In this document: positions 1-13,820 of the stretch, piece by piece
Layout: every line of letters starts with the position of its first letter
Position numbering within the stretch: the first letter of the stretch is position 1
NCBI RefSeq assembly: GCF_018350175.1
Contig: NC_058373.1
Span: 115,570,001-115,634,000 of the forward strand
Direction of reading: 5' to 3'
DNA from: Felis catus
Lineage: Eukaryota
DNA: 64,000 bases
Translations under genes and position numbers: made by a program
Notes under the pieces: model-generated
What the model saw: the letters and a program-made list of their open reading frames with translations, nothing else
What the model was told of the DNA's origin: nothing
Databases searched by the model: none

Positions 1-335
1 CTGTCAAAGGCCCTCTTCTCCACTGCTGCGACGCCCAATTCTTTCTTTCTTTCTCCCCCAATTCCTACACACACCCCCAGCCTCAGACATCATGCTTTCT
101 GAGACGCTTTCCCAACCACCCTGGACTGGTTTGGTGTGTTTCTCAGGGCACTGTCCCACAGCACCTTGTGCTTGCCTCTGATGACACTTAATCACGCTCA
201 GTTGACATTTCTTGTTTATAGACGGTCCCCAGCACCAAGCAGTTTCCAGAACACAGCAGAAGCTCATGAATGTTCGTGAAATAAACAAATCAATGATGGA
301 AGAAGAGATACATGAGAAAAACATTTTGCTCTAAA

Positions 336-361
336 TTTTAAAAAAAATTTTAATGTTTATT

Positions 362-398
<37 letters not shown>

Positions 399-561
399 AA
401 GCGGGGGAGGGGCAGACAGAGAGGGAGACACAGAATCCGAAGCAGGCTCCAGGCTCTGAGCTGTCAGCACAGAGTCCACATGGGGCTCAAACTCATGAAC
501 TGTGAGATCATGACCCGAGCCGAAGTCAGAAGCTTAACCGACTGAGCCACCCAGGCGCCCC
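336..561 (-). mobile_element. CanSINE (SINEC)
   Basis: Reverse-complement tRNA-derived head (…gagccacccaggcgcccc), (GA)n tract, T-rich tail; TSD agaaaaacattttg on both sides. Confidence 0.95.
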
Positions 562-1659
562 AAGAAAAACATTTTGAATACAGAAACGGAAGATAAGGCA
601 AAATAAAAGATCAATTTAAGGTTTCACACTGGATGATGGAGGTGGGGGATGATGGCGCACTAGACAGAAAGAGGGACCTTCCAGAAAAGGAGAAGGACTT
701 GGCTTTGGTGAATAAACATGAGGCTCTCAATGTGGGCCTGCTGACTTGTATGGTTAGCCATAAAGGAGCAGGGCCCAGGAGTCACAGATTTGGGATTTAC
801 ACACAAAGAAGAGATCTTTGAAGCCATCTGCATAGATGGCATCTTCAATATCGAATTTAGATAGAAGAGCAGCTGACAGAGGCTTCTGCATGTAGAAAGT
901 TTTCCCAATTATCCAGATAATTCAGGTCTAAGCGAGGTTTTTTTCCCCCTTAATTTTCTGAATAATTGTCTCCGTTGCTTCTGACTTTGAAGATCTGCTG
1001 TGTGGTTTTTTTTTCTTCTCCTAATGACTATTTCTCCTTTTTTTGAGCATATTTTCCTAACTCCAGCTGTTAATTACCTCATCACACAATCAGGCCATTG
1101 TGACTTCTGCAGGCTGCTTTATGCAGCAAGATGCTTATTTTTCTATTGGCTTCTACTGTTTTCCCCCAAAAGATCATTTCTTTGGCCAACACATTGACTG
1201 GCTATTGATCCATCCACATTTTACCAGATACATTCTTGCTTACTCTCACTCCTGCCTCCTGTAAGTTGATTTTCCATATAAAGTCTGTGTTCTGAATTTT
1301 CTTCTCCTCCATTTCCAGTGACTCTTTGTGAGTCCTCAAACATATTACATAATATGGACACATCCTTACACCTGCTTGTCGAGTCCAAAAGCACTGGCCC
1401 TTCACAAGGACTACATTTTACCCCTCGAACCTAAAATCAGCCAATATTTTCCTAATTGGAGTGTAAAGGTTTATTTAGTGAAATCGCAATTGTTTTTCAG
1501 GGTTGAAATATAAATGCATGAGCACTTTGTGAATCTCAGAATGTACTTTCCTATTCAGGACAGAGTCTTTGGTCTTTGGAAAGAATGTGTTGTATATAGT
1601 GGTCCTTACTCTAAATACATCCCCTGTACTAAATTTTTGCTCCTTATGGAATTACCACA

Positions 1660-1865
1660 GGGGCGCCTGGGTGGCTCAGTCAGTTGAGCGTCCGACTCTT
1701 GGTTTTGGCTCATGTCACGATCTCGTGGTTAATGAGATCAAGCCCCGCATCGGGTTCTGCGTTGACAGTGCAGATCCTGCTTGGGATTCTCTCTCTGCTT
1801 CTCTCTCTGCCCTTTCCCCACTCCCACACGCTCTCTCTCAAAATACATAAGTAAATATGTTTAAA
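1660..1865 (+). mobile_element. CanSINE
   Basis: ggggcgcctgggtggctcagtcagtt head, (CT)n, A-rich tail. Confidence 0.93.
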
Positions 1866-2011
1866 AGGGAGCGAATGACTACAATACATCCCTGATGAAT
1901 TTGTACAGTTGGAAGTAGATTTGCCGTTGAAGTGTGAAGCTGATCTCAGTTGCTTGAGTTGCCCTGGTCAATTCTGAAAGTCCCTACATGTAGCAAAAAC
2001 TTCCTTCGTTC

Positions 2012-2195
2012 CAGGGAATGGGTCTTTGCCCCTTGGGGGGTCACGAACCGTGTTGATAATTCAGATGCCTTTTACCAGAAAAACGTACTCTTACACACAA
2101 CGTTCCGTATACGATTTCAGGGGGTTCACGAGATCCTATGCAAAACCAGCCACTGATCCCCTAAAGGTCCCTGGGCTCCAAGTTAATAACTCCTA
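2012..2195. mobile_element. hAT-Charlie MITE, MER117-like
   Basis: Resembles recalled MER117 (ggggtcacg…ccagaaaaa…tttcagggggttcacg…caagttaataactcct). Confidence 0.6.
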
Positions 2196-3624
2196 GACTA
2201 AGGGCTAAAGTTCAGTTGCTGATGGGTGAGGATTTCAGTAACCTCCGAACGTGCAGAAAACAGCTGCAATGAACATGTGAACGGCTGGGCGTTAGCTACA
2301 AGTCCCAGCAGGAGCTGCACGGCTTGTGTACCGTCATGCCCAGCATGGCATTGGGTGAGCTGCCATGCTTCCTTCTTCAGGGCATCAAGCGCTCTACTCA
2401 TTCCATTATGAGGTTTTATTTTATGGCAGCAGAGCTCTGATTTGATGATGGCGTCAGCACAAAACAGCTCCTTTTTGTCAAACAAAAATTTGCCTCCCAG
2501 CCACTTCAGCTGAAACAAATGCACTTTATAGCAAGAGGGAGGGGAGGGGAAAAGGAGGCTCTTGTGTTAGGACATCTGTGCTTTCTGCCACTCCCCCCCT
2601 TGCTCCCCACAAACCTCTAGCTCCTCACTTTCTCTAATATCTTACACTCCCTTGACTTCTACTCACCTTTATTAGATCTCATTTCATTTTCTTGAGGCTG
2701 GTGTCTGAAAATCCTAGATCAGTGCCCATCTTCTGAACGTCTGGTATTTATCTCACTCCATATTGCTCGGCACATATCTGATCTCTGAGCCGCACACCAT
2801 TCCCTTGAAACTTAAGCGGCAGCTTGGTGCTTTTGATCATTCGAGTCAACATCTCCGATGTTCCCTCCCAACTCGAGACAACATAATCTCCCTCCTTCAG
2901 TATTTTTTTTTTATCTTAGCTGACCTTTAATTTTTGAAAACATGTTTAAAACTGTGACCTGAAGGACATACCAACTTAGTAACCACCGGTTGCAAACTGC
3001 ACCACAATCTAGTCTGTCTACCTCACCATCACCCTCAGAACTGCATCTACTAAGATTTTATATGTACAAGGAAACTCATTCGTTACTGGGATGACTTGAG
3101 ACTTTTCTCTCTCTTCCCAAAGGACAATCATCTAAAACAGCATCAGGTTAGACTGTTTTCAAGCCGACGTTTCTCACCACGTTGCTTGCTTTCCATTACC
3201 TCCCAGCCCTCATACTTCGTTCAGGTTAGTCTTTGATTCTACTCCCAAGCACATTTTTTCAGAGTTCTTATGGTCCTAATCCCACAAATATTTTTGAAGA
3301 ACTTTATTCTTCAATCCTTAACATCAGGGCTTTACCACCCTCCCTCTGTGGATTTTTGCTAATGTGTTTGTGTCTGGCTGGAATTCTCTTCCTCCTTTGT
3401 ACATCTGAGTGATTCCAAGTCACCAAGTGTCCCTCAGCTTTCCTGATGTCCTTCCTCACTCCAACAGAGACCCACATGGATGCCCCTCCTCTGGCTCTCA
3501 AGGCTCTTATGTCCTAGGGCTTAGGGTGCTGTGTCATAGCTATTGACTTACTTGTCCAGAACCACACTCCCCACTAGAGCAAGAGCTCCTTAAGGTCAAG
3601 GACTGGGTATTATTCACCACCTAG

Positions 3625-4035
3625 AGTATCAACCTCCTTCTTCCAACCCTCTGCTTTGGGGTATGCTCATTCCTCTACTTCTAACCATGTAGTTGAAATG
3701 GAAGCTGCCATCTTCTTACATATCCTACATCCCTGGCAGAGTGAATGGTCTAAGTCGTTTCTGACACAAGAGGGACAGCCTGTCTCCAATATTTAAGCTA
3801 AAGATGTGAGCCTGCTGGCTGCTTGCAACTGTCTCCAACTCAGTGAAGGGAGCCAGTCTGAAAGAAGAAAGCTGGCATGAATGGAGAAGAAAGAAAGAAT
3901 TCCAGAGGCATCTGAATGCCTGGTGGCGGTCATCCCTGGGACTGCCATTCTCATGCTTTGCTTATGCGAGCCAATGAACCTCCCTCAACAACAGAACAGC
4001 AAGTTGTGTTTCTGTTATTCGCAACCAAGTAATAT
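3625..4035 (+). mobile_element. Old MaLR LTR (MLT1-like), degraded
   Basis: 3' part gttgtgtttctgttattcgcaaccaa is typical of MLT1 ends. Confidence 0.45.
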
Positions 4036-4446
4036 TCCCTGCCTTTTTCATCTCTTTATCTCCAGTTGCCGACTCAGGATTTGGCATTCAAAAGGGACTC
4101 CATAAACGTAGCTCTTGTTAAGTTTAAAGCCTGAAATCATGGTCGTTGTCATGTGAAATCAAAGACTAAGGCAGGAGTCAACACACATCATGTTATGATA
4201 GTGTATCGGGGTCACACCTTAGAGCTATAGTGATGACTCCATACACATTCTGAGCATCTGTTTGGGTCTGAGTTTGTTCTCTTGGTATCTGATCAACTGG
4301 CCTGAAGAAATGTTGACTGTTTATTTGTTGTCCAACCAAGAATAGTCAGCTTTTCTAGGATACAGCCCTGAAAGACAAAATGAGGAAGACTGCGTGCACA
4401 CATTTACAATAATGGGCTACGTGACTGCTCAAATGACCTTCTTTTC

Positions 4447-4477
4447 TTTTTTAATTTTTTTTTAATATTTATTTATT

Positions 4478-4522
<45 letters not shown>

Positions 4523-4689
4523 ATGATTGGGGGAGGGGCAGAGACAGAGGAAGACACAGAATCCAAAGCAGGCTCCAGGCTCTGAGCTATCAGCATGGAA
4601 CCCGACGTGGGGCTCAAACCCATGAGCTATGAGATCATGACCTGAGCCCAAGTCAGATGCTCAATCGACTGAGCCACCCAGGCGCTCCC
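4447..4689 (-). mobile_element. CanSINE
   Basis: T-rich tail, (GA)n, reverse-complement head. Confidence 0.95.
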
Positions 4690-5514
4690 CAGTTGGCTTT
4701 CCATTTGCATGCTGGGAGAGAAGACAGTTGAGATGGACACGGTTTACCAGCTGCGGGGCTCTGGAAAAGCAACTTTAATTCTCTGGGCCTTGCTTTCCCC
4801 ATTTGCCAAGTGGAGGGACTTGCCTCACATACCTCGTGGGACTATTGAGAGGATGAAACGAGAACACACATCTGGTGGCATTTTGTTGTTGTTGTCAAAT
4901 CCTTTCGACGGGAATCATGTCAGGCCCTTCTCTAAACACAGAGGCCACTGCAGGGCTGACAGGGCTGCTTTGATAAGCATATGGCCTAAGGCAGGGTCAC
5001 TGCTTCAAGAGCAAGGAGCTGAGGTGAGCTCTCCCATGTCCAACATATCCACTTTCTTTCCTCTCCTCTTGGCTCAGTGGTCATACAAAGCTTCTACACA
5101 CTTCCCACTCTGCCACTGCTCAGAAAGCCTCTCAGCTCAGCCTGTGGCCATGAAAATGGACGCTAAGTCTCCTGTCTCCAGGTTCCGTCCCTTGGAATAC
5201 ACTCGTAGGTATATGAGTTGGGCTGAACCTCAGTGAAACCTGACAGACTGTTTCTTCACAGGCTCCCATCAGCCTACGCGATGTCCAGGATGCCTCTGCA
5301 GAACACAGCCAGCACAGTCTAAGACCCGGTAATGACAGCTGGCCAGACGGTGTGGGCCAGCATGGGCAAGCTGCCCGGGAGCCCCATCCAGTTCTGACTC
5401 TGCTTCCTTCCTTGCTGACCTCTGCAAAAGTAGTTTCCAGCAGCTTCCCAGTCTGCTTGACTGGAAAGGGACATCTCTAACACCTATTCCATGGCCTCCC
5501 CTCCAGTAGGACGC

Positions 5515-5720
5515 AGTGGTAGAAAGACAGAGCCTCTGGAGACTTGGGTTTAAATCCTAGCCCTGCCACGACCGTGAGAACTAGCACATGGAACACAACC
5601 TTTCTGGGTCACATTCCCAGTCTGTAGAATGGGGATAATAAGGCCTGTATTAAACACTGCAAGAATGACCAGCCATCACATAGCTGCCCAGTATACAGTA
5701 GGCGCTCGGTAACTGATGTT
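5515..5720 (+). mobile_element. MIR relic
   Basis: gggtttaaatcctagccctgccac…tctgtagaatggggataata MIR core. Confidence 0.7.
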
Positions 5721-6094
5721 TCTTTTTCCATCCTTCAATTATAAGAGCCCCCATCATTGAGAGACCTTCTATCTCTTGCAGAAACTTGCATGCAAACCTG
5801 AATCCACAAATAAAAATACTTCGAAATAAATTTGGGGGGTGGGAATCCATTTCCCTCAGCCTGCTGAGACCCAAAAGCCATGTTCTGCAGTCCCGTGGCA
5901 ATGAGAGAACAGATAGAATGAGCTATGCTCCTTCCAGGCATGGGAAGGGGCCGGAGGGGTAGTGAGGCTCACTTGGTCGGCATTGCTCGGGATGGAGACA
6001 GTCTGCTGCTTTTGGTGGGGAGGAGATCTGAGCTAGGTACAGCTCAGCCAAGCCCTGGGGGCTGGCAGTGTGCGACAACAACAAAAATAATTCC

Positions 6095-6300
6095 CATCTG
6101 CACAGGCTGCTTACACTTTCCAGAGCACTTTCTCTTCTTTCATCTGTTTTTCCCCTACAATATCCATGTGAGATGGGCATTATCGTTCCCATCTGACAGA
6201 TGAGGAAATGAAGCAGAGAGCAGAGTATCACAAGTGGCTGTTGGGAATCAGAGCCCTGCTCACATCCTGGCTCAGCTGTGCGACCTGGAACTCGCTGCTG
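6095..6300 (-). mobile_element. MIR relic
   Basis: cccatctgacagatgaggaaatgaagcagagag reverse MIR core. Confidence 0.65.
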
Positions 6301-7197
6301 ACCCCAACTGCTCCTCCGTGACATGGATCTGAAGGCACCAGTCTCACAGGGTTGTTGCGAGGTTCGCGAGGGTTTGTCACGTGGGAGAAAGGCCAGAGAT
6401 CTACCCCTCTCCCCCACCGCCAGCCAGGCTCATCCTGCACCTCAGTTTCTCCATCTGTGAAAAGGACCTTTTAAACCATCACTTACCCCATGACAGCCTC
6501 CCTGTTGGCCAGAGGCCTGGCCACCATGTCTTTGTTTCCGTTTCCGTGCCCTTCGGCTGGGCCCCCGACCCACCGAATGTGGAGTTTGAAGGCTACTGTG
6601 GCTGCCTGAAACGGGGCTATGTCAAGTTGGAAGTGCTGACGCAGGTTTTTCCATGTGCAAGACGAAGCAATGAAAGATAGTCTGCAGACATGGAGAGAAA
6701 GGAGGCGAGATGTAGGGAAGGAGGCGAGATGTAGGGAAGCAGGTGAGAACCCATTGAGTTCCAGAGGAAAAGACAGGGAGGTGCTGGCAACATCTCAGTT
6801 CCTATTTTCAGTACCTCAGGAGGCACATTTGCCCTAACTTGAGTTCTGCAAGATTCCCTTATCTATTAGGCACTCAACTTCTTATTTTTTTAATGTAAGC
6901 TAGCTTTGGTGGATTCCTGCTTCTTATAACCAAACAAAGATAATACGTGTGTGCTCTTCCCACCTTGCCCTTGAAGGGCTGCATCGCTGATGAAATGATA
7001 GCCATCGGCTATTCTTGGTGGTGCCCAGCTGTCCCAGCACCCGAGCAAAATCCTGGACTTCAGGGGCTACAGCTGAACACAAGCCACTGACAATGGACAA
7101 TGAGGCCAGTGCAGCTCCTGGACAGTTGGCCTCTGCTTTATTGGGCAAGAAGACTGCAGCTAAGCTCTCTCAAACATTTCCTTGGGCATTTCCAAGT

Positions 7198-7590
7198 GGG
7201 AGGCAATACAGAGTGGTGATTAAAAGCATAGGTTCTCAGGGTGCCTGGGTGGCTCAGGCGATTAAGTGTTGGACTCTTGATCTCGGTTCAAGTCATGATC
7301 TCATGGTTCATGAGTTTGAGCCCCATGCCGGGCTCTGCACTTGAGATTCTCTCCCTAACTCTCTGCCCCTCCCCCTCCAAAATAAATAAACAAACTTAAA
7401 AAAAAAAAGCATATGTTCTGGAGCCACACTGCCCAGTGTTGCATCATGGTTTCAACCACCTACTGGTTGTGTGACCTTGAGCAAGTTACTCTATCTCTCT
7501 GTGCCTCAGCTTACTCATCTGTAAGATGGAGAATATTTGTGGTACTTAGCTCATAAGGATATTGTAAAGACTGAGGTGCACCATAAATCA
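7198..7590 (+). mobile_element. MIR interrupted by a CanSINE
   Basis: tgtgtgaccttgagcaagttactctatctctctgtgcctcagc; the MIR start lies before the SINE. Confidence 0.75.
7238..7405 (+). mobile_element. CanSINE (short)
   Basis: Head agggtgcctgggtggctcag; TSD-like aaaagcataggttct / aaaagcatatgttct. Confidence 0.9.
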
Positions 7591-8289
7591 TCAGTACAGG
7601 TCCCCTATGGTTTTCAAGTCCTACACAGAAGACAGAAAGCTCTTGGAGGAGAGGCTGTGGCAGGTGGCCCATGAACGGGTTTTGGTTTCATCTTCTCCAC
7701 TTTGGTTTTTTGAGGGTTGAGGAGGGAAGCTGGTAACTGCAGAGAAGACCAAGAGGGCAGGTTGAAAAAGAGATACTCAAAGAGACTGGCTGGCTAAGAA
7801 GGGAAGCAGCTTGCCAAGTTCAAGGCAGGACCCCAGAGCTCTCCCCTGGGAGAGGAGTACAAGGAAAGAAAAGGGAAATGAAATGCTGTCCTGAGACAGG
7901 AGAAGCAGGACCATGGGGCCAGACGAAGAGAGGAACCCCCACTTCTGGAGTAGGAAGGCAGGGCTCAGTAACACAAGCAACTTTAGGGAGCCATAAGGGC
8001 TCAGGAGAGATAATGCAATAAAACCAGCTGGAAATTCAGGAAGAATGGCAATGCAGGAGAGTCAGAAGGAAGCTCATGGAAATCTTGATCGTAACAATTT
8101 TTATGAATTTGGATACCGCCCTCAGAAAACCTTTGAGAAAAGAAAAAAAAAAAAAAAACACCTCTTTGAGGATGAATGAAATCCCAGCAGCACATCCGCA
8201 GACTACATCCAGCTCGTCAATACAAAGTTGCTATAAATGGTTCTGTGCACAGAGAGTTGTGGAAAATGTATGACAGGCCAATGACACGT

Positions 8290-8530
8290 TACTGATTTAG
8301 GACTGCAGACTCTCAAATCAGGCTCCTTGGGTACAAAACCTGGCTCTGCCACTCATTAGCTGGACGAACTTGAGTAAGTTTCTCTACTCTGTGCCACAGT
8401 TTCCCTGTCTATAGAATGGAGATGGGAAGTGTCTAGGCATTAGAAATGCCTAAGAAAAGGAAAAATGAGTTAACATGTATACAATGCCTAAAACAGCATG
8501 TAGCCACATAGTAACGGCTCAGTAAACATC
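8290..8530 (+). mobile_element. MIR relic
   Basis: cctggctctgccactcattagctg…cagtttccctgtctatagaatgg. Confidence 0.7.
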
Positions 8531-8595
8531 AGCTGCCATCTCTCCCTGGGTGTTTATCTCTCTATGCTACACATGGATATGCGTACATCTCCTTC

Positions 8596-8598
<3 letters not shown>

Positions 8599-8657
<59 letters not shown>
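8599..8657. repeat. Compound (CT)n(CA)n microsatellite
   Basis: Seen directly. Confidence 0.97.
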
Positions 8658-8660
<3 letters not shown>

Positions 8661-10156
8661 CAACACACACCAACAGCTCCAATGCAAACAACCAAACAGT
8701 TATTAAGAGCTCTCTCAAGTGCAAGGGCAGGCTGAGGGCATATTACGGCCAAAGAGCAGAAGCAACAGTTCTGAGAACCTCAGCAGCCAAGGGATGGACT
8801 TGGTTTCAGGTTCCCATCACACTCTATGCCCTCTCTCACCCCCAAATCCTGTCTTTGGGTGGAAACCTGCAATGAATTGAGATGTCCCTCTGCCTGCTAT
8901 CACTCTGGGGCCATTCCACACTATAGACCCCAAGGGCACCAGCCCTCCCCTCTGTTGTTATTCCTTCCGTGCCCCCTCCCCTCCCTGGTAGGGAATCCCA
9001 TGAGTAGCATCTCAATCAATCACTACCCACCCACCCCCCCCCCACCCTGGTTTAAGTGACACCCTGGCTGGGGCCAACTGAGCTCATGGAAAGGGAGATC
9101 AGAGGTTCCCCTGACATGTGACCAGTACAGCTGTCATGGCAAGTGTCCACAGGCTTCCAGTGGGATGGAGCTCGCCAGGAGCAGTAGCCCCAGCCATCCA
9201 AGAGGAGTGTTCCATCCTTCCCACCCTTGGTGAAACCCTCTCCTCCTTGAGGTTTTCTTTCCCTTTCTGCTTTTTTTTTTTTTAAATCTTCTCTCTGTCC
9301 ATACTGTCCCCTCTCCCTCTCTCAATCCCTATCTCATTACGCAACTGCATGGACTAAAAATACTTCTGGCAGCCGTGATCAAACCCAAACTGAGCAAGAT
9401 GCAGATTTAATGAGGCTTCCATGGAAACAAGGTTCCTTTTGCCAGGCAGAAGAATGTGTCTGAGCCAGGGAAAAGGGGTGGGCAGGGAAGCTTGTTGTGA
9501 GGAGACAGAGATGTTGGTTAGATGGGACAGTGGGGAGTCAAAGACAACCTCTTGGCCCTGAAGCCTTTTCTGGAAGGGGTTCAGTCCCATAGTCGGGGAC
9601 TGCACCCACTGGAGATGGTCAGCTGCCCCATCAGCAGCAGGGGAAGAGCCACACTGTGTGAGCTCAGCAAAGGGAACCTCAGCCTCTTCTGGGCAGGAGT
9701 TAAATATTTACCACGGGAGTTCCTGAAGCAATCAAACACTTGGCAGCTGAAAAAAAAATAAAACATAAAAATACAAGCTGCTGACTCTAGGGTTCCTGAT
9801 AGTGCTCTGATTATAAGCAAGAAAATACAAAGGAGAAAAGTTGAGAAGGGTCAGATGTGAAGACAGTTTCTTCCCTGTACGTTTCCTTCTCCCAAGAGGA
9901 GGCATCGCCGTCCAGCCTGCGTGTCTCTGTGCTGCTGGAGGCACGAAGCTCCTGAAGAATCTAGAAGGGAAAACTCAATCCATCCAGGGCACAGCTGCCA
10001 GGTGGTTAAATGACCCCTGTCTTCATCTCTCCAGAGCAGGGGTAGCACCTACTGTAATCCTGCTGCCTCTCCTGGGCCCTTACTATTTTCTCGCTATTTT
10101 CCACTGGAAACACTGAGTTTCATACCCTGAGAAGCAGTGCGTGCACTGATGACAAG

Positions 10157-10366
10157 CAAGGATCAGCAAACTATGGCTGTGGCCCAAACCTGGGCCAAAT
10201 TTGGCCCATGACCTGTTTTTGTGTGGCTTGTGATTTCAAAATAACTTTCACGTTTTTAAGGGTTGTAAAAGAAAGAGCGATGACTATGTGACAGATACCA
10301 TATAATCCCTGCAAAGACTAAGATATTTACTATCTATACTTTACAGAAACAGTTTGCCAATCCCTG
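10157..10366. mobile_element. hAT-Charlie MITE, MER58-like
   Basis: Termini caaggatcagcaaact / agtttgccaatccctg; internal atatttactatct…tttacagaaa. Confidence 0.75.
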
Positions 10367-10369
10367 GTT

Positions 10370-10565
10370 AAGAGCAAAAACTATGGAATCAGACAAACAG
10401 ATTTACGCTCAAATCCCAGCTCCCCTATGGACTAGCTCAATGAATTTATGGACTTTATCTCTTTGCCTCTCAGTTTTCCCAGTTGTAAAATGGGCTCAAA
10501 GTACCTATCTTACAGAGAATGTAGGTACCAGCTTAGCACAATGCTGGTTGCATAAATGCTTATGA
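10370..10565 (+). mobile_element. MIR relic
   Basis: ctcaaatcccagctcc…ctcagttttcccagttgtaaaatggg. Confidence 0.65.
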
Positions 10566-11867
10566 TGCTCCCTTGGTTTGCGCCAAGTATCAGATATGCA
10601 TGCTCATCATTGGTTCAGGAATTCAAATTCCCAGAGTTCTAGGGTATTCCATGTATGCAGGGATCCTGGGCTACAAGGAGTTTGACAAAGGCTCTGATGA
10701 TACGCATTTAAAGCCAGAACTTGCTGCTCACCCAATCACCACCTTACCGGCTGTGCTCTAAGTCCCGTCCCATTATGCACAAGACCTACTAAAGCCACTG
10801 TCGTCATGTTAAGAATCGTGTGTTGACCTACCTATGGTCTTTGGAATTGTGAAATGGGAGAAGAGTGGCAAAGAACATGCAGTGAGAAGTCGGACAATCT
10901 TTCACAGTGCGAAACTTCTCGGGCCGACCTTTTTCTCATCTTCGCCTTTTATAGGAGATTGAATAGGTAAATGAGTTCAAAACCCTTGAAGAGACACTAG
11001 CGCTGCATTCAGTCATTCCTTGGAAGAAATAATGAAGGTGCTGAGTCAAAGTGGTGCTGAGAAAGTAGAGCTGATAAGGTCAAGGTTAAACCTAGAGCGG
11101 CCACGCAGCTTTGTGTGGTCAAAAATTCAGATGGTGTTCCCAGCCAGCTGTCCCGTGAACCCCCGCGCTGGAAAGAGAAAGTGGCTAGATAGAGGATGTA
11201 GACCTCAACACGTTCACTTCTACCCAAGGACAACACACAAATGACTGCAGGCTTTCTCTAGACGGATGGTTGACTTTTGGCACAGTCTTTGTTCGCTTTT
11301 CTAAAAAGAGGCATTCGAATTTTTGAAATACATAATTGCAATGAAAAGGCCCAAGCAACTTTAAATCATAACTGAATGGCAAAGAGCTCTATAAGGCCAA
11401 GAATGGGAACAGAGAGACTGCTCAGCGTGGGAATGGACAGGAACACAATGACTGCAAACCTACATAGAGCATCCTCTGTCCTCACTGATGGTTTTGAAGG
11501 GCTTAAAAAGCCAATTTCCAAAAGAAGATTATACTTTATACACATTTCCCCCTATGAAGTTAGAAAGAACCCTAGGAGAATGGGAGACTAAGGGGTCTTA
11601 TGAAGAATTCCTGATTAGATGCCAGGAGGCTCTTCTAGTCAGCTTTCTGCCTCTGGCAGCATAAGCTTAGCATATTATATGGATTTTCCATGTCTCAAAA
11701 TCTTTATCTGATAATGGTCACAAACCTTCCTTATTGGGTTTTGTGAGGCCCAGAGGCGTCATGCAGGAACCCCTTCTTTGAAAAGTAAAAAAAGACTATA
11801 AGAATGTAAGGTGTTATATTTATTATCAATGATGAAGCAAGTAGAAGATTTCAAAGACAGAGGTAAA

Positions 11868-12690
11868 TTCACTTACTCAACAAGTGTATATTAAGTACCT
11901 ACTGGGTGTCAGGCACTAACAAATACTGGGATGTGGAATAAATAAGGGATATGGGATCTCTGTGCTGCTGGATTGTGCATTCTAGAGGCAAAGACGGACA
12001 TCAAACAAATAACCACATAATTACAATTTTAATAAGTGCTTTGAAGGAAAAATACAGGGTGAAACAAGAGCATATAACAAGGGATGTAACCTAGACTGGC
12101 TGGGTCAGAAATGGCCATCCTCAGGAAATGACATCTCTCAGATGAAATCTGAGGAAGAGTTGCAGTGACCAAGGCAAGAAGATGGTAAAGCATTCTTTTT
12201 TAATTTTAATTTTTTTTTTTTTTTTAGAGAGAGTGCCTGCATGAAAGCACGAGTTGGGGGAGGAGCAGAGCAAGAGGGAGAGGGAGAGAGAACCTTCAGT
12301 AGGCTCCATGCCCAGTGTGGAGCCCAATGCAGGGCTCAATCTCACAACCATGAGATCATAACCTGAGCCAAAATCAAGAGTTGGACACTTAACGGACCGA
12401 GCCACCCAGGCACCCCAGTAGGACATTTTTAAGGTGGAAAGAACAACATGTGAGAAGTGCCTGGGGTAGAAGTTCACGGAAAGCAAGAAGACTAACAAGA
12501 GGGTAGTGTTTATGGGGGGAAGAGTGGTACAATAAGAAACTAAAGAAGCAGGCGGAGTCCACGTCATGTAGGGCCTTGAAGATGATGTTATGGATCACAA
12601 ATGTATCCTAGGAGCAGTAGAAAGCTACCAGTGGGTTTGGGGCAGGAAGTGATATGGCCCAATTTGTATGTAAAACAAGATTCAGGTTAA
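11868..12690 (-). mobile_element. L2 3' region, interrupted by a SINE and cut by L1
   Basis: ttcacttactcaacaagtgtatattaagtacctactgggtgtcaggcact is the reverse L2 3' end, followed by purine-rich L2 body. Confidence 0.75.
12200..12417 (-). mobile_element. CanSINE
   Basis: Poly-T tail and reverse head gagccacccaggcacccc. Confidence 0.92.
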
Positions 12691-13820
12691 ATTTGTGTGT
12701 CTGGCCATGACACAGTAACTGGAACAACCAGACTTGACTCCCACTGAAAACAACCATAAAACTGAACAAAATATTTGAAGAAACTCTCTTTACACACTGA
12801 ATGACAAACAGTACAGAACTGTGATCCTTGAAAGAAAGAAAATACATGAACCAAGCACCACAATCGCACCACAGTCGTCCAGCCTTCCTTTCTGGGACTA
12901 CTCTCCTGTTGTGGAGCAAGAAGATGGAGCCCAAAAACTGTGGTAGTTTAGCTCAACTAAGGAGGCAGAGATTCGAATTCTGGGTTGCTGAGGTGGCTGA
13001 ACTCCTCAGGGCAAAGTCCCTGAAAAGGGGGAGTTATACAAAGGCCGAGGGCCCAGAAGTCTGCATGGAGGTTTTGTGCAGGTCCCTCGCAGAGAATTGG
13101 GCTGCACAAGCATGTGCAAGATTCCACAAGGCCTGAAGGGATCTTCTCCTGCAGGCCTGAGAGCTGAGTAACAAAAACTGAGATGAGGCCACACTGGGAA
13201 ACACTGCAGCTCCAGCCCAGCCAGAGTGGTAAGACCCTACTGAGCATCTCAGGCGTTAGGAATAAGTGTGGTAGAAGAAAGGACCATACCATAGATCAAG
13301 AGCCATACCCTGGGGCTAAATTTAAAACTAAAAGAGGCCCATCCTAACAAAAAAATAAGACTAAGCTTGAAAGGAACAAAAGTTAGAGCAATGTAACTAC
13401 TTTCCAAACAAAATTCAATACTCTTTAAGGAAAGATGGCATTATTCAAACTGTTTACAATATCCCATTTCAATGTCTAGCATACAATAAATGACTACTAG
13501 ACATGCAAAGAAACCAATAAATAAGAAAAAATCCCTCAAGATAACCTAGATGTTCAAATTAGCTGACAAGAACTTGAGAACAGCAATTACAAATATGTTT
13601 AAGAGCTTAAATGAAAATGTATTATAATGAATCAACAGATGAAGGATCTTAGCAGAAAAATGGAAACTATAAAAAAGAACATAGAAATTCTAGATCTGGA
13701 TAGCTTTGATATCAGATTGGAAATGGCATAAGAAAGGATAAGTGAACTTTGAGACAGATCAAGGTTAATTTCCCAGTCTGAAGAACACAGAGGAAAACCT
13801 TGAAGGAGGTAAGATAAGAG

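Noticed and set aside
4709..5236. 175-aa ORF
   Set aside because: The start overlaps MIR-like sequence; no recognisable domain or exon structure
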